Positions 20,020-29,109 of a stretch of DNA of 64,000 nucleotides are shown here, one piece after another. The stretch lies in IMG/VR virus record IMGVR_UViG_3300035698_029580; one strand, written 5' to 3'. The notes under the pieces were generated by a model. The model ran no database searches. It was not told the origin of the DNA and saw only the letters and a program-made list of their open reading frames with translations. Within the stretch, counting starts at the first letter, position 1. Each line of letters opens with the position of its first letter. The DNA comes from a virus (taxonomy: Duplodnaviria; Caudoviricetes). Both the position numbers and the translations under genes were made by a program.

Positions 20020-20832
20020 ATGTTTATTTTGCATTGTGGAGCAAAGGCGGCGACGGTTGATGAGGTAAATAAGGCTCCTTGTCCTAAGGGGACAAAGAGT
20101 TGGACCCCTGTTCCTCATGGTCAATTCATAGAGATGGTAAAGGGTGCTGCTGGTAATGCTGGTTTTGAGATTGGTGAGGAACAGTATGGCTTGTATGATG
20201 ATGCCAGTCGGTTATTCGGAGTGGTTGGAATCAAGGGACAAGATCATTTTGGTGGGCAGGTTCAATTGATGATGGGTATTCGTAATGGTAATGATAAGCA
20301 AATTGCTGCCGGTGTTTGTGCTGGGAGTCGAGTGTTTGTTTGTGACAATTTGTCTTTTTTGGCATATACAGATCAGTCGTTGAATGGTGAGCCTGTTTTT
20401 ATGCAACGAAAGCATACTCGTTATGCTATTGATGGTATTCCTCCCATGTTGGAACAGGCAATGGCAAGAATATTGGAACTTAAAGATTATCAAGAGAAAT
20501 TTTTTGAGAAGTTGGCAACTGTGACGTTGAAAAATAGAGATGTTAACGATGCCATTATGCGTGCAGCAAAAGCAGAGGCTATTCCGTGGACTCATGTTCG
20601 TCATGTTCGGGAACAGTGGGATTTGCAACAACGTATGCCGGAAAATGAGGAAGAAGAGGCAAGGTGGCATGAGGAATTTCATGTTGATAATGCTTGGAGT
20701 CTCTATAACTGTTTCACTGAAGTTGCAAAGGGTTATTTGGGTCAAAATACTATGAAGGCTTCAGATAGAAGCATTGTGGCCAATGGATTTTTCCGTGATA
20801 GATTTTGTGGAAAAAACTTTAGTAAGAATTAA
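20020..20832 (+). CDS. DUF932 family protein
   Basis: PVPH, RLFG, GIRN.ND, G.RVFVCDNL, W.LYN.FTE. Confidence 0.75.
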   Translation: MFILHCGAKAATVDEVNKAPCPKGTKSWTPVPHGQFIEMVKGAAGNAGFEIGEEQYGLYDDASRLFGVVGIKGQDHFGGQVQLMMGIRNGNDKQIAAGVCAGSRVFVCDNLSFLAYTDQSLNGEPVFMQRKHTRYAIDGIPPMLEQAMARILELKDYQEKFFEKLATVTLKNRDVNDAIMRAAKAEAIPWTHVRHVREQWDLQQRMPENEEEEARWHEEFHVDNAWSLYNCFTEVAKGYLGQNTMKASDRSIVANGFFRDRFCGKNFSKN

Positions 20833-20849
20833 GGGGGGACTCGATTGGG

Positions 20850-20881
20850 TGGAGGAGTATCAAAAGTGCTCCTCCATTTTT
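20850..20881 (+). terminator. Intrinsic terminator
   Basis: TGGAGGAGTAT/GTGCTCCTCCA plus T-tract. Confidence 0.7.
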
Positions 20882-20896
20882 ATTTAGGAATAAATT

Positions 20897-21769
20897 ATGA
20901 AGGTATCAACATTATCTATTGTTTGCGGCACTGATGCTTGTAATGCTTCTTGTCCTTATTGTATTTCTAAGATAACAGGGACAGAGGATATTCCCAAGAC
21001 ACCTGCCATTAACTATACTCGTCTTAAAAAAGCTTGTCAACTGGCAGAAAATAGTGGTGCTACCACTGTTTTATTGACTGGAAAGGGTGAGCCTACTCTT
21101 TATATGGACCAAATTCTTGAATTTTTATCTTCTCTACAAAATTTTAATATTCCTATTGTTGAATTACAGACTAATGGGATAATATTATCTAAAAATCAAG
21201 ATACTTATTTGAGAGAATTAAGGAGAGGTAGATTAGATACAATTTGTTTATCTATTGTTCACTGGGATGAGGAGAAAAATGCAGAGATATTTACTAATGG
21301 TGATAAAGAAAAATATATAGAAAATTTATGTAAATTTATTCTTGAAATACATCAAGTTGGTTTGAATGTACGTTTAAGTTGTATTATGTTAAATGGGTAT
21401 ATTGATTCTTTTGATAAAGTTTTACATTTATTAAAGTTTGCTAAGGCTAATAAAGTTGAGCAGGTTACTATTCGTCCAGTTTATATTCCCGTAGATTCAG
21501 ATAAGAATTTGAAAGTAAAAAAATATTGTGAACGTTTGTTAATGGATAATGTTTTGGTTAAGGAAATTCATCATGATATAAAATCTTTATCAACAAAGAT
21601 ACTTGATTTGCCTCATGGTGGAGTGGTATATGATTTTGATGGGCAGAACCTTTGCTTTGCTAATTGTTTAACAGAGAGCACCGACCCAGAGGACATGAGA
21701 CAATTTATTTATTTTCCTGATGGTCATTTGAGATATTCTTGGCAGTATCCGGGAGCCATTTTGTTTTAG
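20897..21769 (+). CDS. Radical SAM protein
   Basis: CNASCPYC, TGKGEPTL, ELQTNG. Confidence 0.9.
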   Translation: MKVSTLSIVCGTDACNASCPYCISKITGTEDIPKTPAINYTRLKKACQLAENSGATTVLLTGKGEPTLYMDQILEFLSSLQNFNIPIVELQTNGIILSKNQDTYLRELRRGRLDTICLSIVHWDEEKNAEIFTNGDKEKYIENLCKFILEIHQVGLNVRLSCIMLNGYIDSFDKVLHLLKFAKANKVEQVTIRPVYIPVDSDKNLKVKKYCERLLMDNVLVKEIHHDIKSLSTKILDLPHGGVVYDFDGQNLCFANCLTESTDPEDMRQFIYFPDGHLRYSWQYPGAILF

Positions 21770-21820
21770 AAATTTTCCAGCATTATAAAAAATTTATTAT
21801 TAAAATAAAAAAGGAAAAAA

Positions 21821-22105
21821 ATGATAGGTAAAACTTTATATAAAGCTAAGATAGTAGATGGTGAAATCACCATGAGCTTTTATACAATTATTGGGGAGAG
21901 AGGCAAACAATATAAATTTACTGAAGGTGTAAGAGGTGTAAGGGGTTGTTTCAAGAGTGATGTTGGAGTTGTTTTCTTTTTGACTAAAAAAGAGGCAATG
22001 GATTATCTTATTGAAGAGATTAAACATAGCATAAAGATGGGAGAAAATTATCTGAAAAAAACAAGGTCTCTTCTTGATGATGCTTTGAATTTTCCAGCAA
22101 AATAA
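21821..22105 (+). CDS. Hypothetical protein
   Basis: Cassette ORF; ends inside next motif (NFPAK). Confidence 0.7.
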   Translation: MIGKTLYKAKIVDGEITMSFYTIIGERGKQYKFTEGVRGVRGCFKSDVGVVFFLTKKEAMDYLIEEIKHSIKMGENYLKKTRSLLDDALNFPAK

Positions 22106-22125
22106 TTTTTTGTCGAATAAAACAA

Positions 22126-22260
22126 ATGGAAAAGAAAAAAATAAAAATTAAATTAAAAACAAATTTACCAAGGATGAAAATGCCTCCTTCTGGTAAAGTT
22201 TTCAAGGATAAGAAAAAAGAAGAAAATAGGACTCGTTGTAGAAGGAAAAATGATGAATGA
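22126..22260 (+). CDS. Small basic protein (44 aa)
   Basis: MEKKKIK..PPSGKVFKDKKK; behind header motif; below ORF-track cutoff. Confidence 0.5.
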   Translation: MEKKKIKIKLKTNLPRMKMPPSGKVFKDKKKEENRTRCRRKNDE

Positions 22261-22513
22261 TGAACAAAAAGAAAAGTTAGAACAAGAAATTAGATGTCAT
22301 AAAGCAATGAAGAAAGGTGTAGAAGTTCGTATTTCAGATTTAGAAAAGAAAATTAACAGGTTGAAAGATATGGTAAAAACTGCTTATGAAGAGGGATTTC
22401 TTGATGGGTGGGAATCTGCTATTGAAAGTGGTACAACTCAATTGACAGATGCTAAAAAGGCACAATTCTGGCAAAATTCAGGGAGCCGTCAGATTCTTAT
22501 AATAAGTTATTAA
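22250..22513 (+). CDS. Hypothetical protein
   Basis: Coupled ORF ending at header motif. Confidence 0.65.
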   Translation: MMNDEQKEKLEQEIRCHKAMKKGVEVRISDLEKKINRLKDMVKTAYEEGFLDGWESAIESGTTQLTDAKKAQFWQNSGSRQILIISY

Positions 22514-22563
22514 TTTTCCAGCATTATTTATTTTTTTCTATTAAAATAAAAAAGGAAAAAATT

Positions 22564-22950
22564 ATGAAAATTGAATTGGTAGGAATTAACATTCTAAGGA
22601 TTACTAGAGAAACTAATGATCCTAAGTTTTATGGTGTGCAAAATGCTGCTGGGGAAAGCAATTTTCTCTATTTTCTGAAAAAAGAATTAAATAAACGTTT
22701 TCCTACTGCTCATTTTATTAAGAAGCGTATGGCAAAAGATGGTCATTTGGTTGATGATATGCAACAGTATATTAGAACCAAAGATGGTAATATTATGATT
22801 TATAATGGGCATTGGCAAATTGAAGGGATTGAGGTAGACTGGAATAAGGGTTGTGCTCGTTTGTTAGTTGACGGAGATGAAAATACAATTAGAGAAACTT
22901 TCAAAGAGATTAAATATAAGGGCAATTCTTTAGAAGTTATTTATGGTTGA
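22564..22950 (+). CDS. Hypothetical phage protein
   Basis: Cassette ORF; KKRMAKDGHLVDD. Confidence 0.75.
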   Translation: MKIELVGINILRITRETNDPKFYGVQNAAGESNFLYFLKKELNKRFPTAHFIKKRMAKDGHLVDDMQQYIRTKDGNIMIYNGHWQIEGIEVDWNKGCARLLVDGDENTIRETFKEIKYKGNSLEVIYG

Positions 22951-22957
22951 ATGAAAT

Positions 22958-23164
22958 ATGTTAAGATATAATGAACCAAATTATTTTCCTCCAGGGGTCA
23001 TTGAGTTAAATGGTGGCTTTGCCATTGTCTGTCAAAATATAATCAATGATGATGATGTTATATATTGGAGTGGTGTCGAATGGGACGAGCCACGTTTGGC
23101 TAAGATGTATAAATCTGAAAAAGAAGCACTGAAAATTCTTAATGAACATTTTCCAGCAAATTAA
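22958..23164 (+). CDS. Hypothetical protein
   Basis: Ends inside motif (HFPAN). Confidence 0.6.
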   Translation: MLRYNEPNYFPPGVIELNGGFAIVCQNIINDDDVIYWSGVEWDEPRLAKMYKSEKEALKILNEHFPAN

Positions 23165-23200
23165 AAGTTTTCCTATTAAAATAAAAACGGAGAAAAACAG

Positions 23201-23494
23201 ATGATTATTCCTGACGAAAAAATCAAACAGTTGCAGATTGCACTTCAAGATGGAGATATGAAAGGTAGTGTTGAATGTTATGAGACTGCCTTAGATTTAC
23301 ACCATATAATTGCCTCAGATATGGTAGAATTGATTTCGGGTGTTATGGTTCCTTCTGCTGTCAAAGAAGTTATTCATAATTATTTAATAAATAACCAAAA
23401 AATTAGAGCTATTAAGGCATATCGTTGTTATAATAAGGAAGCTAATCTTAAAATAGGATTAGATATTATTGAGGAATATAGCAAAAATATGTAA
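23201..23494 (+). CDS. Hypothetical protein
   Basis: Cassette ORF; KIRAIKAYR (L7/L12 C-terminal-like motif). Confidence 0.65.
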   Translation: MIIPDEKIKQLQIALQDGDMKGSVECYETALDLHHIIASDMVELISGVMVPSAVKEVIHNYLINNQKIRAIKAYRCYNKEANLKIGLDIIEEYSKNM

Positions 23495-23583
23495 TTCTTT
23501 TGGCGGGCGAATTATTATCCATTTAGGAATAATTCGTCTGTCTTTATTTTCCAGCAAATTAAAAGTTTTCCTATTAAGTTATT

Positions 23584-23859
23584 ATGAGTAAGATAATTAG
23601 ATCATTTGAGTGTGGGTGTGTAACACTGGAGGGAGGCAGGAGAATACTTTGCCCGTCTTGTGCTGTCGGTAAAAAAGGTGCTGAAGATTTTATTAGTGAT
23701 CGTCTAAGAGAAGATTATAATACTATTTTAATTGCCGCAAAAAATATTTGTTATCGTATAAAAGTTGCAAAAACTGGCAGACATAGTTTTGATGAATTCT
23801 TAGAAAAAGGTGGCTGCGAAGAATTAAATAGAATTATTGAAGAAGTTGCTAGAAGATGA
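23584..23859 (+). CDS. Zn-ribbon hypothetical protein
   Basis: CGC..CPSC. Confidence 0.6.
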   Translation: MSKIIRSFECGCVTLEGGRRILCPSCAVGKKGAEDFISDRLREDYNTILIAAKNICYRIKVAKTGRHSFDEFLEKGGCEELNRIIEEVARR

Positions 23860-24788
23860 AACAAGAAACAATTCTACAAGAACAAATAGAAAATCCTCAT
23901 TATTTGGTAGTGGCTGGAAGTCGTCTATATGGCACTGTTAGACCAGAATCAGATGATGACAAAAGGGGATTTCTTATTCCTCCATTTGATTATCTACTGG
24001 GTATTAAATCATTTCAGGAGGGTTCTCTTCCAGGTCAAGATTATAAGGTTTTTTCCTTACACCGTTTTCTAAAATTGTGTTTGGGAGGAGATCCTCTTTG
24101 TACAGAAATGTTGTTTGTGTCTGGAGATAAAGTTCTCAAGACTTCTTTTTATGCTCAAAAAATTATTGGAATTAGAGATAAGATTGTTAGTCAGAGAATG
24201 TGCAATAGAGTAATTGGATATAGTTATAGTGAGTGGAGAAAAGCATTTGGTCAAAAATTAGAAATTGATAAGAGAACAAAAACAGAAGATGATGTTATAA
24301 ATGATATTCGTAATCTGTTTGCTCCTGATAAAGAAGATATGGATGAAGTTATTAAAATCCTATTTTCTAAACATCCCAGGAAGATTGTTGCTGCTACCAG
24401 AAAATTAGGTGCTAAGAGAAAAGAGCAGATGGAGAAATATGGATATTGTGTCAGTTCAGCTACTCATTCTATCAGGCTTTTAGGTCAATTATATGAGATA
24501 TTGACAGAGGGGAAGATGACATTTCCTCGTCCTAATGCTGATATTTTGAAGGAAATTAGAACAGGGAAGATGTCTAAAGATGAATTAGAAGATATTTATA
24601 ATGATATTTTGAGACAGGTAGAAGAAGCTAAGTTGAGTACTGACCTAAGGTTAAAGCCAGATGAAAATTTTGTTTGGGACACTTATAGAAATATAATTGT
24701 TGATTTTTTCAAAGATGATGAGTATTGTAAAAAGTTAATGTCTTCTGAATATAGGATTAATAGTGATAGTTCAAGATATTATTTTTAA
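23856..24788 (+). CDS. Pol-beta superfamily nucleotidyltransferase (Nuc-transf/RlaP-like)
   Basis: VAGSRLYG..ESDDDKRG, HSIRLL, L.EIR.G. Confidence 0.85.
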   Translation: MKQETILQEQIENPHYLVVAGSRLYGTVRPESDDDKRGFLIPPFDYLLGIKSFQEGSLPGQDYKVFSLHRFLKLCLGGDPLCTEMLFVSGDKVLKTSFYAQKIIGIRDKIVSQRMCNRVIGYSYSEWRKAFGQKLEIDKRTKTEDDVINDIRNLFAPDKEDMDEVIKILFSKHPRKIVAATRKLGAKRKEQMEKYGYCVSSATHSIRLLGQLYEILTEGKMTFPRPNADILKEIRTGKMSKDELEDIYNDILRQVEEAKLSTDLRLKPDENFVWDTYRNIIVDFFKDDEYCKKLMSSEYRINSDSSRYYF

Positions 24789-24846
24789 TTTTCCAGCATT
24801 ATAAAATAATATCCTATATAATAGGAATTGACAAGTGAATAGAGTT

Positions 24847-25035
24847 GAGATTGTGGCGGAATTGGTAGACGCATCGGTCAGTAGGTAAGAGGGACGTGCC
24901 TCCTATAGGAAACGCAGGGCGAACATCCTCTTTTAATGTGGATACAGAAGTCGTGCTACACCGCTTATGACACTAGTGGAGTGGTGTCATAAGGCCATTA
25001 GCCGAGCCGTGCAGGTTCGAGTCCTGTCAATCTCA
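24847..25035 (+). ncRNA. tRNA-like RNA A; anticodon loop replaced by 122-nt structured insert
   Basis: Acceptor GAGATTG/CAATCTC; D-arm GCGGAATTGGTAGACGC; stem TCGGT/GCCGA; T-arm GCAGG-TTCGAGT-CCTGT. Confidence 0.85.
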
Positions 25036-25084
25036 ACTCTATTTTTTATTTTCCAGCATTATAATTTTATTAGGAATAAGACAA

Positions 25085-25420
25085 ATGGCAACAACAAAAA
25101 AACAATTAAAAGAATTATTTAAACATAATACGGAAAAATCGTATAAGATATATATGAGAAATGACGGAGATGGATGGATTGACTGTTATGGTATTAGTAT
25201 TTTACTTTTTATAGAAAATCTTTTTATTCCAGATGAAATTAAAAATTGTTATAGCAAAGCGATGAATAAAAATTGTATTATTTTGGCAAATTTTACGGGG
25301 AAAAATTCTTTATTGGCTAGAGAAGAAAATTCAAATTGTAGTATTCGTGCCAACAAATCTTTTGAAAAATATAAAAGATGGCTTCATCAAATTTTAGAAA
25401 TAAAAACCTTGAAAGGATGA
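25085..25420 (+). CDS. Hypothetical protein
   Basis: Cassette ORF. Confidence 0.65.
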   Translation: MATTKKQLKELFKHNTEKSYKIYMRNDGDGWIDCYGISILLFIENLFIPDEIKNCYSKAMNKNCIILANFTGKNSLLAREENSNCSIRANKSFEKYKRWLHQILEIKTLKG

Positions 25421-25424
25421 AAAA

Positions 25425-25826
25425 ATGTTTATTTTTGTTATTATTTGCATTGTCATTATGGTCATGAATGTTTTGTTTATGATTTATTTGAACTGGAACA
25501 AAAAACATCAAGAAAAATATAATAAAACAGTTGATAGGTTGATGGAGAACTATAAAACAACCATAGAGCACTATAAAACAGCCATTGAAAAATATAAAGA
25601 ACTATTAAAAATTCGTGAAGAAATTTTTGAAAATAATAAATCTCTTGCGAAAATTAGTAAAGAAATGATTGAAAATTATGAAAAAGTTGTAGAGACATAT
25701 AAAAATGTCTGTAAGTGTGCTTTGGCAGATTTAGAAGGTGTGATGTATTTGATAGAGCCAGATGGAGAAAGGGAACATCCTGCCTGGAAAACTATTGAAG
25801 AGTTGAGAGAAGTTATTAAACTGTAG
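25425..25826 (+). CDS. Membrane-anchored coiled-coil protein
   Basis: N-terminal TM; ExYK heptad repeats. Confidence 0.7.
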   Translation: MFIFVIICIVIMVMNVLFMIYLNWNKKHQEKYNKTVDRLMENYKTTIEHYKTAIEKYKELLKIREEIFENNKSLAKISKEMIENYEKVVETYKNVCKCALADLEGVMYLIEPDGEREHPAWKTIEELREVIKL

Positions 25827-25962
25827 GGTATTAAAAATTGAATGTTTTTTGTGTCAGTTGATTGACACTCAGATCCCCTTGAGAAGAGAAGTAAAATTCT
25901 CTTCTTTTCTTTTTTCCAGCATTATTATTTTTTCTTCATTAAAATAAAAAAGGAAAAATAAG

Positions 25963-26373
25963 ATGATAACACAAGTAGCAACAATTTTTAATGGCAAATA
26001 TACACTGAAAAATCCTGCCACCGGCCAACATAAAACCTTCAAAATTCACACGAAACAACGGGGAAATCTCAAAGGAAAGCGTATTCTGTCCATTTTAAGT
26101 GGACCAGATAATATGAATAGTTATCAAGGGTTTGCTTTTGTAAATGATGATGGTATAAAGGTTTGGAGCAAATATTGTACTAAGAACTCTGTTCGGCAAA
26201 AATATGCTAATATTCTTTGGGACGTTCTAACTAACTATGAGAACAGTAGTTATGTAGAAAAAGGATTACAGTTGTTCAAAGAGGCTCGTTGTATTCGTTG
26301 TAATCGGACTTTGACTCATCCTGAGAGTATTGAGTTAGGAATTGGTCCTGAGTGTGCCGGTAAAATTATGTAA
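25963..26373 (+). CDS. DUF6011 domain protein
   Basis: CIRCNRTLTHPESIELGIGPECA. Confidence 0.8.
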   Translation: MITQVATIFNGKYTLKNPATGQHKTFKIHTKQRGNLKGKRILSILSGPDNMNSYQGFAFVNDDGIKVWSKYCTKNSVRQKYANILWDVLTNYENSSYVEKGLQLFKEARCIRCNRTLTHPESIELGIGPECAGKIM

Positions 26374-26376
26374 TTT

Positions 26377-26405
26377 TTGACTTTACCTATATTTTGAGGT
26401 ATAAT
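26377..26405 (+). promoter_or_regulatory. sigma70 promoter
   Basis: TTGACT-N17-TATAAT. Confidence 0.7.
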
Positions 26406-26444
26406 AATAAGGTAATTATGCCACAAAAACAGAGGTGAAAAGTC

Positions 26445-26645
26445 ATGGCAAAGAAAGTAGCAAGAAAAAAAACAGAGGACAAACAAGAGGTACAGGCAAA
26501 AATGGTGTGTGAGAAGGTATTTGAGGCTTCTCGTAGATGGACTTCAAAGGATGAGTTGAAGATACCCGTATTAAGAGAAATACGGTCTGCAGCGGCTCAA
26601 TGTTTGGGTCATAGTACCAGGAAGCCTAAGAGAGTATTTCATTGA
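26445..26645 (+). CDS. Small basic protein
   Basis: Own sigma70 promoter, GAGG RBS and terminator (26665-26701). Confidence 0.7.
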   Translation: MAKKVARKKTEDKQEVQAKMVCEKVFEASRRWTSKDELKIPVLREIRSAAAQCLGHSTRKPKRVFH

Positions 26646-26752
26646 TTAGTTTTTCTTTTATGCAGATGCCCAGTTAAATTCATTTAATTGGGCATTTTTT
26701 TATTTTCCAGCATTATAAAAATTTTTGTATTAAAATAAAAAAGGAGAAAAAA

Positions 26753-26929
26753 ATGAAAAAAGTAAAGGTTGAATTAAAATTGGTAGTAGAAATTTCAGCA
26801 GAAGATGAGAATGTCTCAATATCTAAGGTAGTTAACAAGTTGTGGTGTGATTTGCCCGATGATTGTGGTGCTCAAGTAGAAGATATTAGTATTAAATCAC
26901 AAAAAATAGTGGAGAGGATATATGAATAA
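26753..26929 (+). CDS. Hypothetical protein (58 aa)
   Basis: MKKVKVELKLVVEI..; header motif and AGGAG. Confidence 0.6.
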   Translation: MKKVKVELKLVVEISAEDENVSISKVVNKLWCDLPDDCGAQVEDISIKSQKIVERIYE

Positions 26930-27332
26930 TTTTAATAAAGTAACAGTTGGATTTGTTATTCAGCATTTTGTAGATGGTCCAAATGGCAAGTTTATTTGTA
27001 ATCGTCAAGAATTCGTAGCTGGAGATGAAGTTTCCCATGAAGATACAATGGGAGAGGTTCTTGACCCAATTCCTGATTATAAATATCAAACTTTTGATAT
27101 GGTACAACCAGATTATGTTCTTAAAAAGGGTGATATTGTAAAACTTGTAAAATTGGATTGTAAAATTAATATACCATACACTTTAGAAAAGTATATTGGC
27201 CTATGGGCTGTAGTGATTAAACCTGGAACTGGTGAAAATGTCAATTCAATGATTAGGATAAAATTTAAAGATGGTAATCAATATTCTTTTTGGCCAGAAG
27301 AATTAGAATTGATTACTAAGAATGAAAAATAA
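26922..27332 (+). CDS. Two-domain hypothetical protein (fusion of 27582-like and 27944-like modules)
   Basis: N half matches 27582..27893; C half matches 27944..28156. Confidence 0.8.
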   Translation: MNNFNKVTVGFVIQHFVDGPNGKFICNRQEFVAGDEVSHEDTMGEVLDPIPDYKYQTFDMVQPDYVLKKGDIVKLVKLDCKINIPYTLEKYIGLWAVVIKPGTGENVNSMIRIKFKDGNQYSFWPEELELITKNEK

Positions 27333-27531
27333 GATGATACCTATAGTATGCAATTGTTCTCCTGTACTTGATAAGTATGAAAACATGTTGTTTCCAGTTT
27401 GGCAAACAGAATTGATTTGCAGGCCACAAGCAGGAGATTATATTTTATCAATAGATGGTCATGAAGCAAAAATAACCAAGATTTTGCATTGTAAAAAGGG
27501 TTTGATTTTGAATTTAGATGTCGTAGGATAA
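27322..27531 (+). CDS. Hypothetical protein
   Basis: Coupled ORF ending at motif. Confidence 0.6.
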   Translation: MKNKMIPIVCNCSPVLDKYENMLFPVWQTELICRPQAGDYILSIDGHEAKITKILHCKKGLILNLDVVG

Positions 27532-27581
27532 TTTTCCAGCATTATTATTTTTTTATTATTAAAATAAAAACGGAGAAAATT

Positions 27582-27893
27582 ATGGAATTTAATAAAGTGA
27601 CAGTTGGTTTTGTTGTTCAGCATTTTGTAGAAGGTCCGAATGGCAAGTCTATTTGTGATAAGCAAGAATTTGTGGCTGGAGACGATTGTTCTTATGAAGA
27701 TGCTGAGACAGGGGAAATTCTTTCTGATTTGCCAGATTATAAATATCAACCTTATGATATGGTACAACGTAGTTTTAACTGTCATTATTGTGGTATTGAA
27801 GCAGAAGGTGAATCTTTTTCAATAGGAGAAATAGAATTTTGTAGTGAAAAGTGTCTTTGTACTTGGAAGGCTAGTAACGAAAATTATGAATAA
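27582..27893 (+). CDS. Hypothetical protein with C-terminal TRASH-like Zn finger
   Basis: CHYCG..FCSEKC. Confidence 0.75.
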   Translation: MEFNKVTVGFVVQHFVEGPNGKSICDKQEFVAGDDCSYEDAETGEILSDLPDYKYQPYDMVQRSFNCHYCGIEAEGESFSIGEIEFCSEKCLCTWKASNENYE

Positions 27894-27943
27894 TTTTCCA
27901 GCAAAATAATTTTTCTGTCATTAAAATAAAAAAGGAAAAAATT

Positions 27944-28156
27944 ATGACAGAACATATTTTTCAAAAAAATGATAGTGTAAGATTGAAAGAGTTGATTGAT
28001 GGACTTGGACGACATCCCCTTGATAAATATATTGGCCAAAAAGGTGTAATAATTAAACCGGGAACAGGGAAAACTCTGGAAACAATGATTATTGTTAAAT
28101 TTGATAATGGTAAAGAAGATGCTTTTTGGCCAGAGGAGTTAGAGTCAATTTTATAA
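27944..28156 (+). CDS. Small SH3-like barrel protein
   Basis: F.K.D.V..YIG.KG.I..V.F..F.PEELE. Confidence 0.65.
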   Translation: MTEHIFQKNDSVRLKELIDGLGRHPLDKYIGQKGVIIKPGTGKTLETMIIVKFDNGKEDAFWPEELESIL

Positions 28157-28209
28157 TAATTTTCCAGCATTAAAATTTTTCTGCCATTAAAATAAAAAAG
28201 GGAAAAATT

Positions 28210-28488
28210 ATGACAGAACATATTTTTCAAATGACAATTAAACAGGCTCTTCAGGCAGTAATTGATAATTGTCCTAATCCCTATGCTAAACAGTATGTCG
28301 AGGTTATTCGTCGATCCTATGAAGAATATGGACAGCATGGGGTAAAGGTACAAATTCTTTATGTATTATCAAATATTCTTGATATTGACAAAGAAGAAGA
28401 GGCAGATTTATACTGGGAAGATTGTGAATTAAAAACAAAGGTCATTGAGACTTTTCAAAATTATCAAGAGGGTGATTGGAAACCATGA
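28210..28488 (+). CDS. Hypothetical protein
   Basis: Cassette ORF; same first 7 codons as 27944. Confidence 0.7.
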   Translation: MTEHIFQMTIKQALQAVIDNCPNPYAKQYVEVIRRSYEEYGQHGVKVQILYVLSNILDIDKEEEADLYWEDCELKTKVIETFQNYQEGDWKP

Positions 28489-28790
28489 AGTTATTTGTAG
28501 ATGACATTAGGGATGCTCCTGATAATTCTTGGGTTATAGCTAGAAATTTTGATAGTGTAATCGAGATATTGCAACATAGTCCAGTTTCTATTATTAGTCT
28601 TGATCATGATTTAGGCACTGACCAAAGTGGTTATGATATTGCTAAATGGATTGAGAAAAAAGTTTTTTGTGATGGATTATATCCTATTCCTGAGATTTTG
28701 TGTCATTCTCAAAATCCTGTAGGAAAGAAAAATATTCTTGCTGTTAATGAGGCTATTCAGAAGCATTTTAATAATTTTCCAGCAAAATAA
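28485..28790 (+). CDS. Cyclic-phosphate processing receiver-like (cREC) domain protein
   Basis: LFVDDIR.P, ISLDHDLG, GYDIAKW, HSQNPVG. Confidence 0.8.
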   Translation: MKLFVDDIRDAPDNSWVIARNFDSVIEILQHSPVSIISLDHDLGTDQSGYDIAKWIEKKVFCDGLYPIPEILCHSQNPVGKKNILAVNEAIQKHFNNFPAK

Positions 28791-28824
28791 TTTTTCTCCC
28801 ATTAAAATAAAAAAGGAAAAAATT

Positions 28825-29109
28825 ATGAATAATAAATCAAAAACTTTGGAGGAGATGGAAAAAATAGCGGAAGAGTGTGAAATAAAAGACAAGAGAGTGT
28901 CTAATTATTTTCGTTTGCAAGATTTTTCTAGGCCACAGGAAATTCCTGTTTCTCCTCCTAAATTAAAACCAATTAAACCTATGCCCAAGAAAACCCAACC
29001 TTTGAATTCTAAGTGTAATTGTGGTAGTGGTAAAAAATATAAGAAATGTTGTTTTTCTGGAAAAGAGAGATATAATAAAGTGAATAGAATTAAGACTGTG
29101 GCGGAATAG
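28825..29109 (+). CDS. SEC-C motif protein
   Basis: NSKCNCGSGKKYKKCC. Confidence 0.8.
   Translation: MNNKSKTLEEMEKIAEECEIKDKRVSNYFRLQDFSRPQEIPVSPPKLKPIKPMPKKTQPLNSKCNCGSGKKYKKCCFSGKERYNKVNRIKTVAE

Noticed and set aside
24847-25035. Ordinary tRNA-Leu/Tyr with a group I or BHB intron, or tmRNA
   Set aside because: The insert is too short for a group I core, there is no U33-anticodon-purine37 loop on either side, and I saw no clear BHB. The D-stem is present, with no G3-U70 pair and no tag ORF. Splicing cannot be fully excluded without RNA data.
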